This document shows positions 16,215 through 25,403 of a stretch of 25,765 nt of DNA, piece by piece. A model generated the notes under the pieces. The model ran no database searches. It had not been told where the DNA came from and was given only the letters and a program-made list of their open reading frames with translations. Position 1 is the stretch's first letter. Each line of letters starts with the position of its first letter. Origin of the DNA: a virus (lineage: Duplodnaviria; Caudoviricetes); IMG/VR virus record IMGVR_UViG_3300030372_001545, positions 1-25,765 of that record; one strand, given 5' to 3'. Position numbers and translations under genes: made by a program.

Positions 16215-17534
16215 TTAAGACCATTTAAGAACAGCGTGTGTCTCTGGAAGACTGATTTCTAAACCGGCTTCGGTTAGAACCATATCTTTACGTCCATCAA
16301 CGTTGTTGTTCTGTACGTTAGTGATAATATGAGTATCACGAGATACTCCATTACCCTTGAGTGGTCTATATGCAACATTAGACATATCTACTGCTACACA
16401 ATGATTTTCCCAAGGCCCACGAAGTAGTGGGTCAGCAACAAAATGAAGATTACCAAACACGGTATTCACCATTGTTACCTGATGTCCAAAAGCACCTTTG
16501 ATGTTTTGAACGTCTAGGCTGTACTGAGAAGAACCAACGCTGTTATTCAGGAAGGAACCAGAACCCAACTTGTTCAAGTAAGAGATAACCTTACGAGAAG
16601 CAAGTACAAGTTTATTCCCGCTATTTCCACCTTCAGGAGCGAAGAAATCTTCCATCGCATCTAAGAAAGCGTCATAGCCTGAAGAAGAGTAAGACATATT
16701 GTATATCTTACCATTTGCTTCAGTGTAAGGGAGGATACCCCAAGAGTAGCGCATAGGAGCCGCAGTAGACTCGTCAGCAGAACCAACGCCAAATAGCATT
16801 GCTTGCTCTAAGTCCATTTTGTGTTCCATTAGCTTTTCTTGCCACACTCGTTTGTATTCATCAGCCTTACCTCTGTAGCGAGTAGCTAGAGCTGTACCAG
16901 AGAACATTGGGATTGCAGTTTTAAAAATCTGACAATACCCTTCTCTGTCATACATCTCATCACGCCATCCGTCTGGGTCTGTTCCACCCTCAGAATGTGC
17001 GCTACCAATGACAGCCGCCTTTGCATCATCTGCAAAAGCACAAGTAGCCGCAAACTCAGCCTTGAGTTTAACGTCTGCTGTGCCGGCACCTGAAGTAATA
17101 GAAGGAGTAGAATCCACTCTGAAGCGCCTTACCGTTCCGGCGGTGTCTTCAATAGCGATTATTTGTCCTTCTACGATAAACTCAGGTACATATTCAGAAG
17201 ACTGAATATTACCGTGTCTGTCATAGTTTACATACAGCTTAACTAGGTCATCACCTGAATCATTTACATAGGTGGTACCTGCCGCATAAGTAGCAGAACC
17301 TACTGCCTCGCCTAGGTTTAAATTGCGTCTTTGCCACTGGTGACGTTGTTCAAGAAACTTGAATACAGGGTCGTCAGTTGGCTTTTTAGCAACTTTAGAC
17401 AAATAGACGAAGAAGGGGCTCTGCGCTGGTGCGAGTTCTGCAACTCGCTCACCGAAGTTAAATAATCTTCGGTTATCGTTGATAGATTGACCTTGTGGTG
17501 TTACACCGGGGTCAACACTATATTGATTAGCCAT
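16215..17534 (-). CDS. Major capsid protein (SU10-MCP / DUF5309-like, HK97 fold)
   Basis: 439 aa after the scaffold; motifs SPFFVYLSK, GYCQIFKTA, EHKMDLEQAMLFG, DGRKDMVLTEAGLEISLPETHA. Confidence 0.9.
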   Translation of the reverse strand: MANQYSVDPGVTPQGQSINDNRRLFNFGERVAELAPAQSPFFVYLSKVAKKPTDDPVFKFLEQRHQWQRRNLNLGEAVGSATYAAGTTYVNDSGDDLVKLYVNYDRHGNIQSSEYVPEFIVEGQIIAIEDTAGTVRRFRVDSTPSITSGAGTADVKLKAEFAATCAFADDAKAAVIGSAHSEGGTDPDGWRDEMYDREGYCQIFKTAIPMFSGTALATRYRGKADEYKRVWQEKLMEHKMDLEQAMLFGVGSADESTAAPMRYSWGILPYTEANGKIYNMSYSSSGYDAFLDAMEDFFAPEGGNSGNKLVLASRKVISYLNKLGSGSFLNNSVGSSQYSLDVQNIKGAFGHQVTMVNTVFGNLHFVADPLLRGPWENHCVAVDMSNVAYRPLKGNGVSRDTHIITNVQNNNVDGRKDMVLTEAGLEISLPETHAVLKWS

Positions 17535-17582
17535 TTCATAACCTCATCATCTATGACTACTCGACCTACCTTAAAACTTATT

Positions 17583-18590
17583 TCATTTCCAAGGATTCTT
17601 GGACTCGTAGTCTGTTATTAAATCATCAATTATTGCATCTTCAGACGACTTATTTGTCGCCTCATTTGAAGATGGCAATACACCCATTGGAGACGGAATA
17701 CTTTGTGCGTTCTTCGTTTGCTGAAAATCAGGGCTCGGAGGAGGTACCTGAGTTTGAGCTGGAGGATTCACATTAGGAGTTCCAGTTTCCAACTGATAAA
17801 GCTTCCACAAATTATCAAGGGATACTGAAGCAGGGTCAGACATTTTCTGAATAAAGTCAGCAACTACGTTTTCATCAGTCACACCGTGAGTATCTGCAAT
17901 ATGCCTTCGAACACCTTCCATAGCCTGACGTTGCTCATTCTGAGCTCTGACAGCGTCTTGACGTTCTTTCTCTGCTTGTTGCATCTTATCACGCTCTGCC
18001 TGTAACATAGCGCCTTGATATTCGACATACAGACGATTGTAGTCGTCCATATCATCTCTCCAAGAATCAACCTCATCAAGATACCTTGCTGATTCTGAAC
18101 TTGGGTCTTCTGTTGCTTCAGCCCTATTGAAACCTGCGGGCTTTTTGGGTTTATCAGGAGCGCTAGGAAATTGCTCAACTTCTGGTTCCTTGGGTGCCTC
18201 TACTGGTTGCTGGGGCGTCTGTTGTCCATTCTGATATTGACTAATCAACTGATTCTTCAATTCATCATTCTGTTTCTGCATTTCAGCAACTGAGTTTTTC
18301 ATCTTATCAGCTTCAGATTGCCAGTATTGATAACGATTTTGGTCATTATCTACTGGTTGTTCCGGAGCTGGCTGAGCTTGTTCCTGATTTACACTACTCT
18401 CATCTGGGGCCGCAAGAGGTCTCTCTGCTACGGGTGCCCATATAGTGTCCTGATTATCACCACCAAAGATAGCATCTTCGATAGAGTCCGTGAGTTGTTC
18501 TTGAGGGTCAGGCTGTGGAGCAACTGGTGCTTCAACTGCTGGCTCTAGAGAATCAACCAATGGAGTGTCTATTGTTGTTTGTTCTGCCAT
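17583..18590 (-). CDS. Capsid scaffolding protein
   Basis: Lies between portal and MCP; acidic, P/Q/E-rich, with coiled-coil segments (YWQSEADK..., ERDKMQQAEKERQ). Confidence 0.8.
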   Translation of the reverse strand: MAEQTTIDTPLVDSLEPAVEAPVAPQPDPQEQLTDSIEDAIFGGDNQDTIWAPVAERPLAAPDESSVNQEQAQPAPEQPVDNDQNRYQYWQSEADKMKNSVAEMQKQNDELKNQLISQYQNGQQTPQQPVEAPKEPEVEQFPSAPDKPKKPAGFNRAEATEDPSSESARYLDEVDSWRDDMDDYNRLYVEYQGAMLQAERDKMQQAEKERQDAVRAQNEQRQAMEGVRRHIADTHGVTDENVVADFIQKMSDPASVSLDNLWKLYQLETGTPNVNPPAQTQVPPPSPDFQQTKNAQSIPSPMGVLPSSNEATNKSSEDAIIDDLITDYESKNPWK

Positions 18591-18607
18591 TACTTTTTCC
18601 TGTATGT

Positions 18608-20992
18608 TTAGGAGCTCTTCTTTTTCTTACCGGACGAAGAGGTATCCTTGTTCTTTTCATCCTTAGAGGCCTCTCTGACCTCTTTGGATATTTGTCCAGT
18701 TGCATCTTGAAGGCGTTTTTCAAAGAGTGTCCCTGCCGCTTTTGCTTTGTTTGACTGGGAGTCTAAGTCCGCCTTAAATTTTTCTAATTCAGCTTTCTGC
18801 TTAGCGTGATAAACTTCTCTTTCTCTTGTCTGTATATCACCCTCTAAATCTTTAATCTGTTCTTGGAGTTGTTCTAATTGCTGTTCTAACTGACCAATAT
18901 AATCAGTTCGTTGCATAACACCCTCAACATCGAAAACTTCTGTCTTCTTGAGAACTTCTTGTCTATCTATAATCTGGTTCTTATAAGCATCCATATATAG
19001 TTCTAATTGTGCAAATCTATTTGTAGGTAGAGTACTACCTGTTACGACCACAACATCGTAAGCCCCAACCCCTATGTCATTTATCTTATTGATTTCACCT
19101 GTCTTGTCATCAACCATCCTTTTGTTAATCATAAACTCTGACATAGTCTGATTAGGATTAATTAATCTAAAAAGTTTTTCAGATTTATACAACTGTTGAC
19201 ACATAGGAATTGCAACTTCACCTGCACGCTTCAATCCGGCTTCAATATCCATTAATTTAGACCGTATCTTCCGTTGCCCAAACTCATCAAGAGACACGGT
19301 TGCCTTGTAAGTATGCGGGGCAACATCAGAATTACCCATCATTAGTTCATATAAGCCTAACTGGTGGTCAATATCATTTTTCGCTGTGTTCTCATTTTGG
19401 TATAACTCGTTAGGCAACGGAGTCGGCTGTACTGGCTGAGGGGCGCCTTGGTCGAAATCGACCTCTATGGCTACTCCCGGCTGTGCCCATTTTTGCTCAA
19501 ACTCCCGCATATCAACACTACCCGATGGTACCAATATCTTAACATTAGTACTCGTTGTAGCGTGAGCAATTATTAGACTTCTTGTTTTATTAATGTATTC
19601 CTGCATACCCTTTACCATTCGGACATCACCGATAGGATAAGGTGTACGAGTATGTTGATTCATAAACAAGACAATGGGATATTTGTTTATTGGAAGTAAT
19701 CTTCCGTAAAGATATTTGTCACCCATTATGACACACATCTTAATTCTTTCTTGATTGACCTTGACAACTTCAACTTGTCCTTCTTCTAGGAGGTCGTTCT
19801 TTGTTATTTCTTCGATGGACGGAGGCTGTAATTGCTCCATTTGTGCTTCAAATTGTTTTTGAGCTTGTTTAGCTTCTTCTTGCTGAGACTTCTGGAGGTC
19901 TTGGAGTTGGAGTTCCATCCTCTCAGGTACCATATTACCCAGTTGGACTTCCTCCGCCAGCTTAGTTTGCATTTCCACCATTTGAACTGAATGTTCTCTG
20001 CCCATTCGTGCAAGTGCATACTCGCCTTGAGCTTGAATCTCTGCCAACTGCTGTTCGTATTCCCTCTCGTATTTTTGCGATTCTTGTTCAACGACCGACG
20101 CATCTTCAACAACTTGGCCATTGATTTTCCATAACCTCGTACCTTTATATTCCTCATACTCACCCCCCTCTTCTAGTAAGTATTCCTTACCATTCCATTT
20201 TTCATAAACCCTATAGAGGTTGATTTGAACCTTCATATACCTCTCATATCCACGAACATACTCATCATTTTCGCCCCAACCAACTGCTTGAGTCTTTGTT
20301 TCAGTATCTTCAGGGAATACTAATTCACCATCATCTTCCCTACCTGTAGTAGGTCTATCTGTATATTGGTCTGATTCAGCTTGAGAAATAGCATCTGAAT
20401 ACATAGGATAAAGCTTCATAGCTTGATTCCTAGTATACATTCTTGATATTATAATGCTTTCTGCATCATCCCCAAACCTATCTCTAGAGTTTGGGTCTAT
20501 ATATAAATCAAGAGGGTCAATGTCCCTCATAATAACTTCGCCCTTACCGTTGTCTTTGGTAGGGTCTTGATAGACTAGAAGAGCGCCAAGTCCAGTTACA
20601 TAATAATCATCTACAACATTGCGTAAAGCAGTGTCTCCATCACTAATTTGCCAGATATATTCTAACAAACCATTGAGTACCTGAGCTATCTTATTATCAC
20701 TATCTTCACGAGGAGAGACTCGGAACGAAGGTCTTTTTGAGGTTAAGAGTGCTTTGGCAGACTCAACTGCTGGATGGATTCGATTTACTACTACTGGTGC
20801 TTGGCCTCGCTCTTCTAAAGTTTCTCTTTGTGCGGCAGACCATTGTTTTCCTAGTCTAAATTCTCTGTCTTCCTGTGCGTGTGTAGCCCAGCCATCCCGT
20901 TTATTGGAATACATCCGAAACATATTCTGTGTTTCATCAACTATTTCTTTATATTCCGCCTCAGACTGTGGCTCTCTGTATACTTCTATCAT
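18608..20992 (-). CDS. Portal protein (P22-like)
   Basis: GKQWSAAQRETLEERGQAPVVVNRIHP, IDPLDLYIDP, QEYINKTRS, YDVVVVTGSTLPTNR and a C-terminal coiled-coil barrel; directly after TerL. Confidence 0.92.
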   Translation of the reverse strand: MIEVYREPQSEAEYKEIVDETQNMFRMYSNKRDGWATHAQEDREFRLGKQWSAAQRETLEERGQAPVVVNRIHPAVESAKALLTSKRPSFRVSPREDSDNKIAQVLNGLLEYIWQISDGDTALRNVVDDYYVTGLGALLVYQDPTKDNGKGEVIMRDIDPLDLYIDPNSRDRFGDDAESIIISRMYTRNQAMKLYPMYSDAISQAESDQYTDRPTTGREDDGELVFPEDTETKTQAVGWGENDEYVRGYERYMKVQINLYRVYEKWNGKEYLLEEGGEYEEYKGTRLWKINGQVVEDASVVEQESQKYEREYEQQLAEIQAQGEYALARMGREHSVQMVEMQTKLAEEVQLGNMVPERMELQLQDLQKSQQEEAKQAQKQFEAQMEQLQPPSIEEITKNDLLEEGQVEVVKVNQERIKMCVIMGDKYLYGRLLPINKYPIVLFMNQHTRTPYPIGDVRMVKGMQEYINKTRSLIIAHATTSTNVKILVPSGSVDMREFEQKWAQPGVAIEVDFDQGAPQPVQPTPLPNELYQNENTAKNDIDHQLGLYELMMGNSDVAPHTYKATVSLDEFGQRKIRSKLMDIEAGLKRAGEVAIPMCQQLYKSEKLFRLINPNQTMSEFMINKRMVDDKTGEINKINDIGVGAYDVVVVTGSTLPTNRFAQLELYMDAYKNQIIDRQEVLKKTEVFDVEGVMQRTDYIGQLEQQLEQLQEQIKDLEGDIQTREREVYHAKQKAELEKFKADLDSQSNKAKAAGTLFEKRLQDATGQISKEVREASKDEKNKDTSSSGKKKKSS

Positions 20993-21031
20993 AACCTCAA
21001 AAAGTTGTATTAATCCGATTCAAATTACTAA

Positions 21032-22528
21032 CTACATTGTCAACCAGTCAAGAACTGTTCTAGATTTATTTTCAACCTTTTCAGGGTCAAATTCGTCTCT
21101 AGGAACTCGACAGGGCTTATGTCCATCAAGAGCATAGTATATAGCATCTAGTATATCATCGTGCTTACCCTTAGGATAAGAAAGAAACTCTTGCTGTGCT
21201 GGTAAATCTTTAGGTCTAAAGTGAAATTCGCCCTTTGCTAACATAGGAACGAGCGATATGAGCCTTTCACTCTTCTTATTTCTAGGCTTTACCCCTTTTT
21301 CTAAACCGGGTATATATAGGTTTTGTTCCAACATATTCTTTCTAACAGCCTGTCGGAGAGCCTCCTGATAGCCTGTGGTCTCCACTTTCATACGCTTGGG
21401 ACGATATTTCTTAAAAACCTCGATAATAGTGTCTGGCTGAAGAGCAGGGTTAATCTTATCACGAAATAAATCGACAATATACTTATTACCATCAGAGTCA
21501 ACAGCAATCGTGGCAATAACAAAAAAGTCAGAACGAGCATTGAGTGAACTAGCTGGGTCAATTCCTGAATATAATTCGACTGGTATAATCTCTTTTTGTC
21601 CATTTATTGTCCTTACTAGGCAAGGTTGCCCATTAATTCGTTCAAAACTATAGTGGTGTAATTTAACATATTCAGGCTTAAAAGGTGCATTATCAGGGGC
21701 TTGCGCCTCATTCATATATTCTTGGAAGAATCCATTAAGATTCCCAACCCCCTCGAACTCTTGTTTAATAGAATCAATCCTCTTCATAGGGAATCGTTCA
21801 GGCCATATAGAGCTACCATCCTCTTTTATAATAGAATACCAAAGAACCTTCCACGCAGGAGACTCTTTTGCCCAATATAAGAAACAATCTTCTGAGATTA
21901 CCGTACCAATCATTACAATTCTACCATCATCTGACAGAGATGGGATAACAGCTTCAGTCATCCACTTACGATTCTTAGCCCTAGCTTCGGGCGTATTAGC
22001 GTTTAACTCAGATTCGAAGTCATCAACAATAATAAGGTTAGGACGAGTATCGCCTTCAATAAAACCACGAACCCTTTGCCCTGTACCAACCGCAATTATT
22101 CTAGTTCCATTACTGAGTATGATGTCATTCCCAGTCCATCTTTTAGCTGTGCTAGGCCCCATATCCCCGAAGAGTCTTCGGTAAGTACTCGAATTTTCGA
22201 GATGGTACTTAATCCTTGAGAGGAAGTTAATCGACTGCGTTTGGCTTTCGGAAATGATAACAATAAACAGGTCTTCGTCGTCTGGTTTAAATGCGGCACG
22301 CCAAAGTGGTAGTATTAATGATGAAACAGTAGACTTAGCAGTACCACGAGGAGCGGCAATAAGAACTCTGGGTACTCTAGGATTTTGGAGATTTTTGTAT
22401 ACTTCTGTGTGAAAAGGTGGAATCTCAGCCTTAAGAGCAGTGGGAAAGCAGATTTTCCCAAAGAGCCCCATAGAGCGATAAAACTTCTTAAGCGTTTGCT
22501 GTAGCTCATAATTAGCCTCGTAGTCCAT
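21032..22528 (-). CDS. terL: Terminase large subunit
   Basis: Walker A APRGTAKS, Walker B LIIVDDFE, FFQEYMN, nuclease motifs GIDPAS...SDFF and HDDILDA. Confidence 0.95.
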   Translation of the reverse strand: MDYEANYELQQTLKKFYRSMGLFGKICFPTALKAEIPPFHTEVYKNLQNPRVPRVLIAAPRGTAKSTVSSLILPLWRAAFKPDDEDLFIVIISESQTQSINFLSRIKYHLENSSTYRRLFGDMGPSTAKRWTGNDIILSNGTRIIAVGTGQRVRGFIEGDTRPNLIIVDDFESELNANTPEARAKNRKWMTEAVIPSLSDDGRIVMIGTVISEDCFLYWAKESPAWKVLWYSIIKEDGSSIWPERFPMKRIDSIKQEFEGVGNLNGFFQEYMNEAQAPDNAPFKPEYVKLHHYSFERINGQPCLVRTINGQKEIIPVELYSGIDPASSLNARSDFFVIATIAVDSDGNKYIVDLFRDKINPALQPDTIIEVFKKYRPKRMKVETTGYQEALRQAVRKNMLEQNLYIPGLEKGVKPRNKKSERLISLVPMLAKGEFHFRPKDLPAQQEFLSYPKGKHDDILDAIYYALDGHKPCRVPRDEFDPEKVENKSRTVLDWLTM

Positions 22529-22557
22529 ACTTTTGCTTTTTCTTATTGTAAGCCTTC

Positions 22558-23355
22558 TTAGCCGCCTTCTTCTTCTTGTTTGGTTTCTTCTTTATCGTCT
22601 TGCCCAACTTTAACCTCCTGTTGTTGTGCTAACAACTTACGTTCTTCTTCAGCAATATCGCCAATTAATCTTTTAGTCTCCACTGCCTCAAGAGACTGAG
22701 TAGTAACCGTTTTCTGCTTTTCATTCATACCGTGTAAGTCCATTAACTTTTCAGCCGCTCTCATAAGATTCGTAACATCTTTCTTGCCCCTAGCCATCTC
22801 TATAGTCTGATTTAACAGTTCCATAGTAGCATCTGGGGTCAAGCCGTGACCTTGTAATAACTTCTGTAATTCTTCTCTTACCATTGACTTAAATACCTCC
22901 GATTTCATATGGCGTTTCCACTTTCGATGCTCTCCGGGGGTTGTTGAACCCAAAGCCATATCTATTGATAAATTATAATCCATTGTCTGAGCATAGGCCA
23001 TTGCAAGGTTTTTCATCTTATCTTGACCTGCTCTAACCTCTAATTGAGACTTTCCACTCAATGTATGAGGGGTTTTCCTACCCTGAGCATTTAATTTAGT
23101 GTTCTTATACTTGGGTTGGAACATATGGTATCCCCAAGGAAATCTAAGGTAGACACTATCGCTCCCAGAAGCTTTGTGAGGGTATGTCTTCTTAGATATA
23201 ACCAAAGCAACTACCTCATCATCGGAAAGAGCATATTCCCCTGCTTCTACATCTTTCCAGTGTTTATATGGGATATTTGAGGCTTCGGCTTCTTCCTTGG
23301 TATAAATACTATACCAAACCTTACCCGTTTTATGATTTACAGGTATCTGATACAA
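22558..23355 (-). CDS. Probable terminase small subunit with N-terminal extension
   Basis: Immediately upstream of TerL; helical C-terminal half (ELLNQTIEMARGKKDVTNLMRAAEKLMDLHGM) resembles TerS oligomerisation helices. TTG start is uncertain. Confidence 0.6.
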   Translation of the reverse strand: MYQIPVNHKTGKVWYSIYTKEEAEASNIPYKHWKDVEAGEYALSDDEVVALVISKKTYPHKASGSDSVYLRFPWGYHMFQPKYKNTKLNAQGRKTPHTLSGKSQLEVRAGQDKMKNLAMAYAQTMDYNLSIDMALGSTTPGEHRKWKRHMKSEVFKSMVREELQKLLQGHGLTPDATMELLNQTIEMARGKKDVTNLMRAAEKLMDLHGMNEKQKTVTTQSLEAVETKRLIGDIAEEERKLLAQQQEVKVGQDDKEETKQEEEGG

Positions 23356-23403
23356 AATAAAAAGAATCTCTTAAGGTATATTCTAATCCAAATTATTGTT
23401 AAT

Positions 23404-23820
23404 TCAGTCAATAATTTCAAAGTGTACCAAATCGTCGAACCCGTTATCCTTGGTAGTTCTTTGTTCTTTTCCACTCATCACATCCTTATCTAGGCTTGGA
23501 GACGACCAATCTCCTCCCCATCTTACATTAACCCCCAACTTTGCGGCGATTCCCAAAACAAAGCCGCCCAAATAATGGAAATCATCACGAGCATCCCAAT
23601 CAATGGGATAAGGAGATATATCCACAGCCTTTCCTTGAACGTGTTTACCAAATTTCGTTTTGCTTTTACCCTGTGCCACAAGTTCATTTTGTCTCTCCTG
23701 ACTTCTTAGTCCTTCAATTACGGTGATATCGAAGTATTTTACTACCTCATTTAACACACTTACTAGTTTGGCGTCAACTCCTTTGAGTCTTGCCCTGCTT
23801 CTTCTTCCGAATTTCGGCAT
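23404..23820 (-). CDS. Endolysin, peptidase M15 (L-Ala-D-Glu endopeptidase, T5 lysin-like)
   Basis: EGLRSQERQ, KHVQGKAVD, VRWGGDW, FDDLVHFE Zn-peptidase motifs; SD AGGAG. Confidence 0.92.
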   Translation of the reverse strand: MPKFGRRSRARLKGVDAKLVSVLNEVVKYFDITVIEGLRSQERQNELVAQGKSKTKFGKHVQGKAVDISPYPIDWDARDDFHYLGGFVLGIAAKLGVNVRWGGDWSSPSLDKDVMSGKEQRTTKDNGFDDLVHFEIID

Positions 23821-24422
23821 ATTTTATCTCCTGTGTATAAAATGCTGGCATCATCTACATTTATATAGCCAACAAACTTAACTTTAGGTTCATTATTGGA
23901 AAATTCAGTCGTTGTAGGCAATTCTTTCCAATCCCACTTAAATTTATAGTCATTTTGGACTAATTTGCTACAATTAAATACATATATGCTATAGAATGAG
24001 CCTTGGTCTACGGCTGAAACGTACAAAAACTCCTTACCCTTCTCTTTTGCTAGGGCAATATTAGCTTCCATCTTGTCGTGTTCTATCAAAAAGGTGTTAT
24101 ACCAAGTATATCTAGCCTTAATCTCCATAATATAGTCTGGGTCTTCAGCGTCATATCTGGAGTATTCATCACTAACAAGGACAAAAAACCTATTAGACTC
24201 TTTATTTATGATTTCAACTATATCAGACTCGGTGACTTTTATGCCTTTACCCGTTGGAGTTTGCGCTTTGACCTCTGTATACCAGTCAGTGACCGCCTTG
24301 TATAAGTCTTCCCGTCTTTCTTTATGATTGAAACCTACTATGTCAGACAAATCCTGATACAATAGTTGGTAATCCAACTCATAGTTATCGTTAAGGTACT
24401 TATTATACTTAGACAAACTCAA
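23763..24422 (-). CDS. PD-(D/E)XK-family nuclease-like protein
   Basis: YSRYDAEDPDYIMEIKAR (D...ExK), then LIEHDK, FLYV and LPTTTEF...KFVGYI. Confidence 0.65.
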   Translation of the reverse strand: MSLSKYNKYLNDNYELDYQLLYQDLSDIVGFNHKERREDLYKAVTDWYTEVKAQTPTGKGIKVTESDIVEIINKESNRFFVLVSDEYSRYDAEDPDYIMEIKARYTWYNTFLIEHDKMEANIALAKEKGKEFLYVSAVDQGSFYSIYVFNCSKLVQNDYKFKWDWKELPTTTEFSNNEPKVKFVGYINVDDASILYTGDKICRNSEEEAGQDSKELTPN

Positions 24423-24613
24423 GGGTAGAATATAATAAAATCAGCTGTAGTAGTATAATCGGGGTCTAGCTCGTCTTGTTGTATATCTGCCTTCTGTGAC
24501 TTCCCTTTCCATTTGAACTTACGCCACATAGATACGCCATTCTCATCTCTTTGCCTGAATCTCTTTAACCTATGGGGCTTGTAATAGGTTACTTTAGGAA
24601 TAATCACTATCAT
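24419..24613 (-). CDS. Hypothetical protein
   Basis: 64 aa ORF with 4-nt stop/start overlaps at both ends. Confidence 0.55.
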   Translation of the reverse strand: MIVIIPKVTYYKPHRLKRFRQRDENGVSMWRKFKWKGKSQKADIQQDELDPDYTTTADFIIFYP

Positions 24614-24753
24614 TTAGTGATATTTTTAATCTTTTCTTTTAATAAGTAAACACAGTAAGAACAAGAGCTAATTAAACCTCCCCAAAGAAGACTAGGATGA
24701 GGTTCTCCACATAGCCCTGTGATGTGTTTTATAAAGTGTATTAAATTATCCAT
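24610..24753 (-). CDS. Small membrane protein with His/Cys motif (47 aa, not in ORF track)
   Basis: MDNLIHFIKHITGLCGEPHPSLLWGGLISSCSYCVYLLKEKIKNITK; its TGA overlaps the next ATG (ATGA). Confidence 0.65.
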   Translation of the reverse strand: MDNLIHFIKHITGLCGEPHPSLLWGGLISSCSYCVYLLKEKIKNITK

Positions 24754-24756
24754 CCC

Positions 24757-24831
24757 TACTGCTAGTAGTACTGCGAGTTACATATTCTTGTTTTAATTCA
24801 ACGATTAATTCTCTCACTCGTACTGCTAGTA
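24757..24831. promoter_or_regulatory. Repeated interrupted palindrome TACT-GCT-AGTA (operator-like)
   Basis: Exact 11-bp copies at 24757-24767 and 24821-24831; degenerate copy TACTGCGAGTT at 24769-24779. Confidence 0.55.
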
Positions 24832-24876
24832 TACTACCACTTCTACTATACGAGTCAAGTAAATTTCTAAAAAAAA
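24828..24876 (-). promoter_or_regulatory. Sigma70-type promoter facing the structural arm
   Basis: Minus strand: T/A-rich UP-like tract, TTGACT (24858-24853), 16 nt, then TAGTAT (24836-24831) preceded by TGn; an overlapping TATACT lies at 19-nt spacing. Confidence 0.65.
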
Positions 24877-25098
24877 TTACTTTTTTGCTAATTGTTCCAT
24901 TTTAAGGTGCTTATAACAGTATACCGAACCTTCGTTGAGATTACGATATAGGTGTATATTACCAGTAGAATCAGGGACTTCGTAGAAAAGAGTATTATCA
25001 GGCTCGTCTTTTTTATCAAAGGATGTAGCTAAAACAGCCAAAAGTGTTATTATTATTGCTTTTACCATACAAGAAATTAGGTAGAAAACCCTTTTCAA
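24877..25098 (-). CDS. Hypothetical secreted / membrane-anchored protein
   Basis: Hydrophobic AIIITLLAVLATS; C-terminal YCYKH; the start may be ATG 25068. Confidence 0.5.
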   Translation of the reverse strand: MKRVFYLISCMVKAIIITLLAVLATSFDKKDEPDNTLFYEVPDSTGNIHLYRNLNEGSVYCYKHLKMEQLAKK

Positions 25099-25111
25099 AA
25101 AAATATTTTAG

Positions 25112-25320
25112 ACTGGGAGAGCGTGATATACACTGCACCCGTCCCGTTCAATTTTCACGGGGTGGGGTTCCAACTTCGTTGAAACCGCTCGTACTAGCCG
25201 TTAGTCCCGTGCTTATGTGTGGGTTGCCTCACAACACACCTGCCACTCCCAGAAGCCACTAACAACTAGTACTTCAACTCCCCACCACGCTTAATCTCCG
25301 TGCCGTTGGTGCGTGAGCCC
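25112..25320. other. GC-rich structured non-coding element between divergent gene arms
   Basis: Nested inverted repeats: 25161-67/25280-86, 25178-83/25273-78, 25191-205/25258-72 (13 of 15), plus local hairpins. Confidence 0.55.
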
Positions 25321-25403
25321 GCTCTATCTATGCAGATATGATGTTTCACTTCTGCGTTTTCCATAATAGCAATCTCTGTATTGCAAGCAATAAAGGAGGC
25401 ATT

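Noticed and set aside
18608-22528. Intein or intron in terminase or portal
   Set aside because: TerL has normal length with contiguous motifs, and the portal insertion has no intein splice-junction or homing-endonuclease motifs.
21010-23400. Shared minus-strand TAATTTG upstream of the portal and TerS genes as a phage late promoter
   Set aside because: Only two short AT-rich matches, and they do not fit the Bacteroidota TAnnTTTG consensus; indistinguishable from chance without more data.
1150-24305. Short plus-strand and alternate-frame ORFs in the track (e.g. 1150, 2167, 4374, 5782, 6547, 7689, 10870, 11428, 16886, 17879, 19804, 20754, 21388, 22096, 23541, 24078)
   Set aside because: They are shadows of longer motif-bearing minus-strand genes and show no recognisable motifs.
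25044-25262. 72-aa plus-strand ORF across the structured element
   Set aside because: No evident SD, atypical composition, and it overlaps an antisense gene; the inverted repeats explain the region better.
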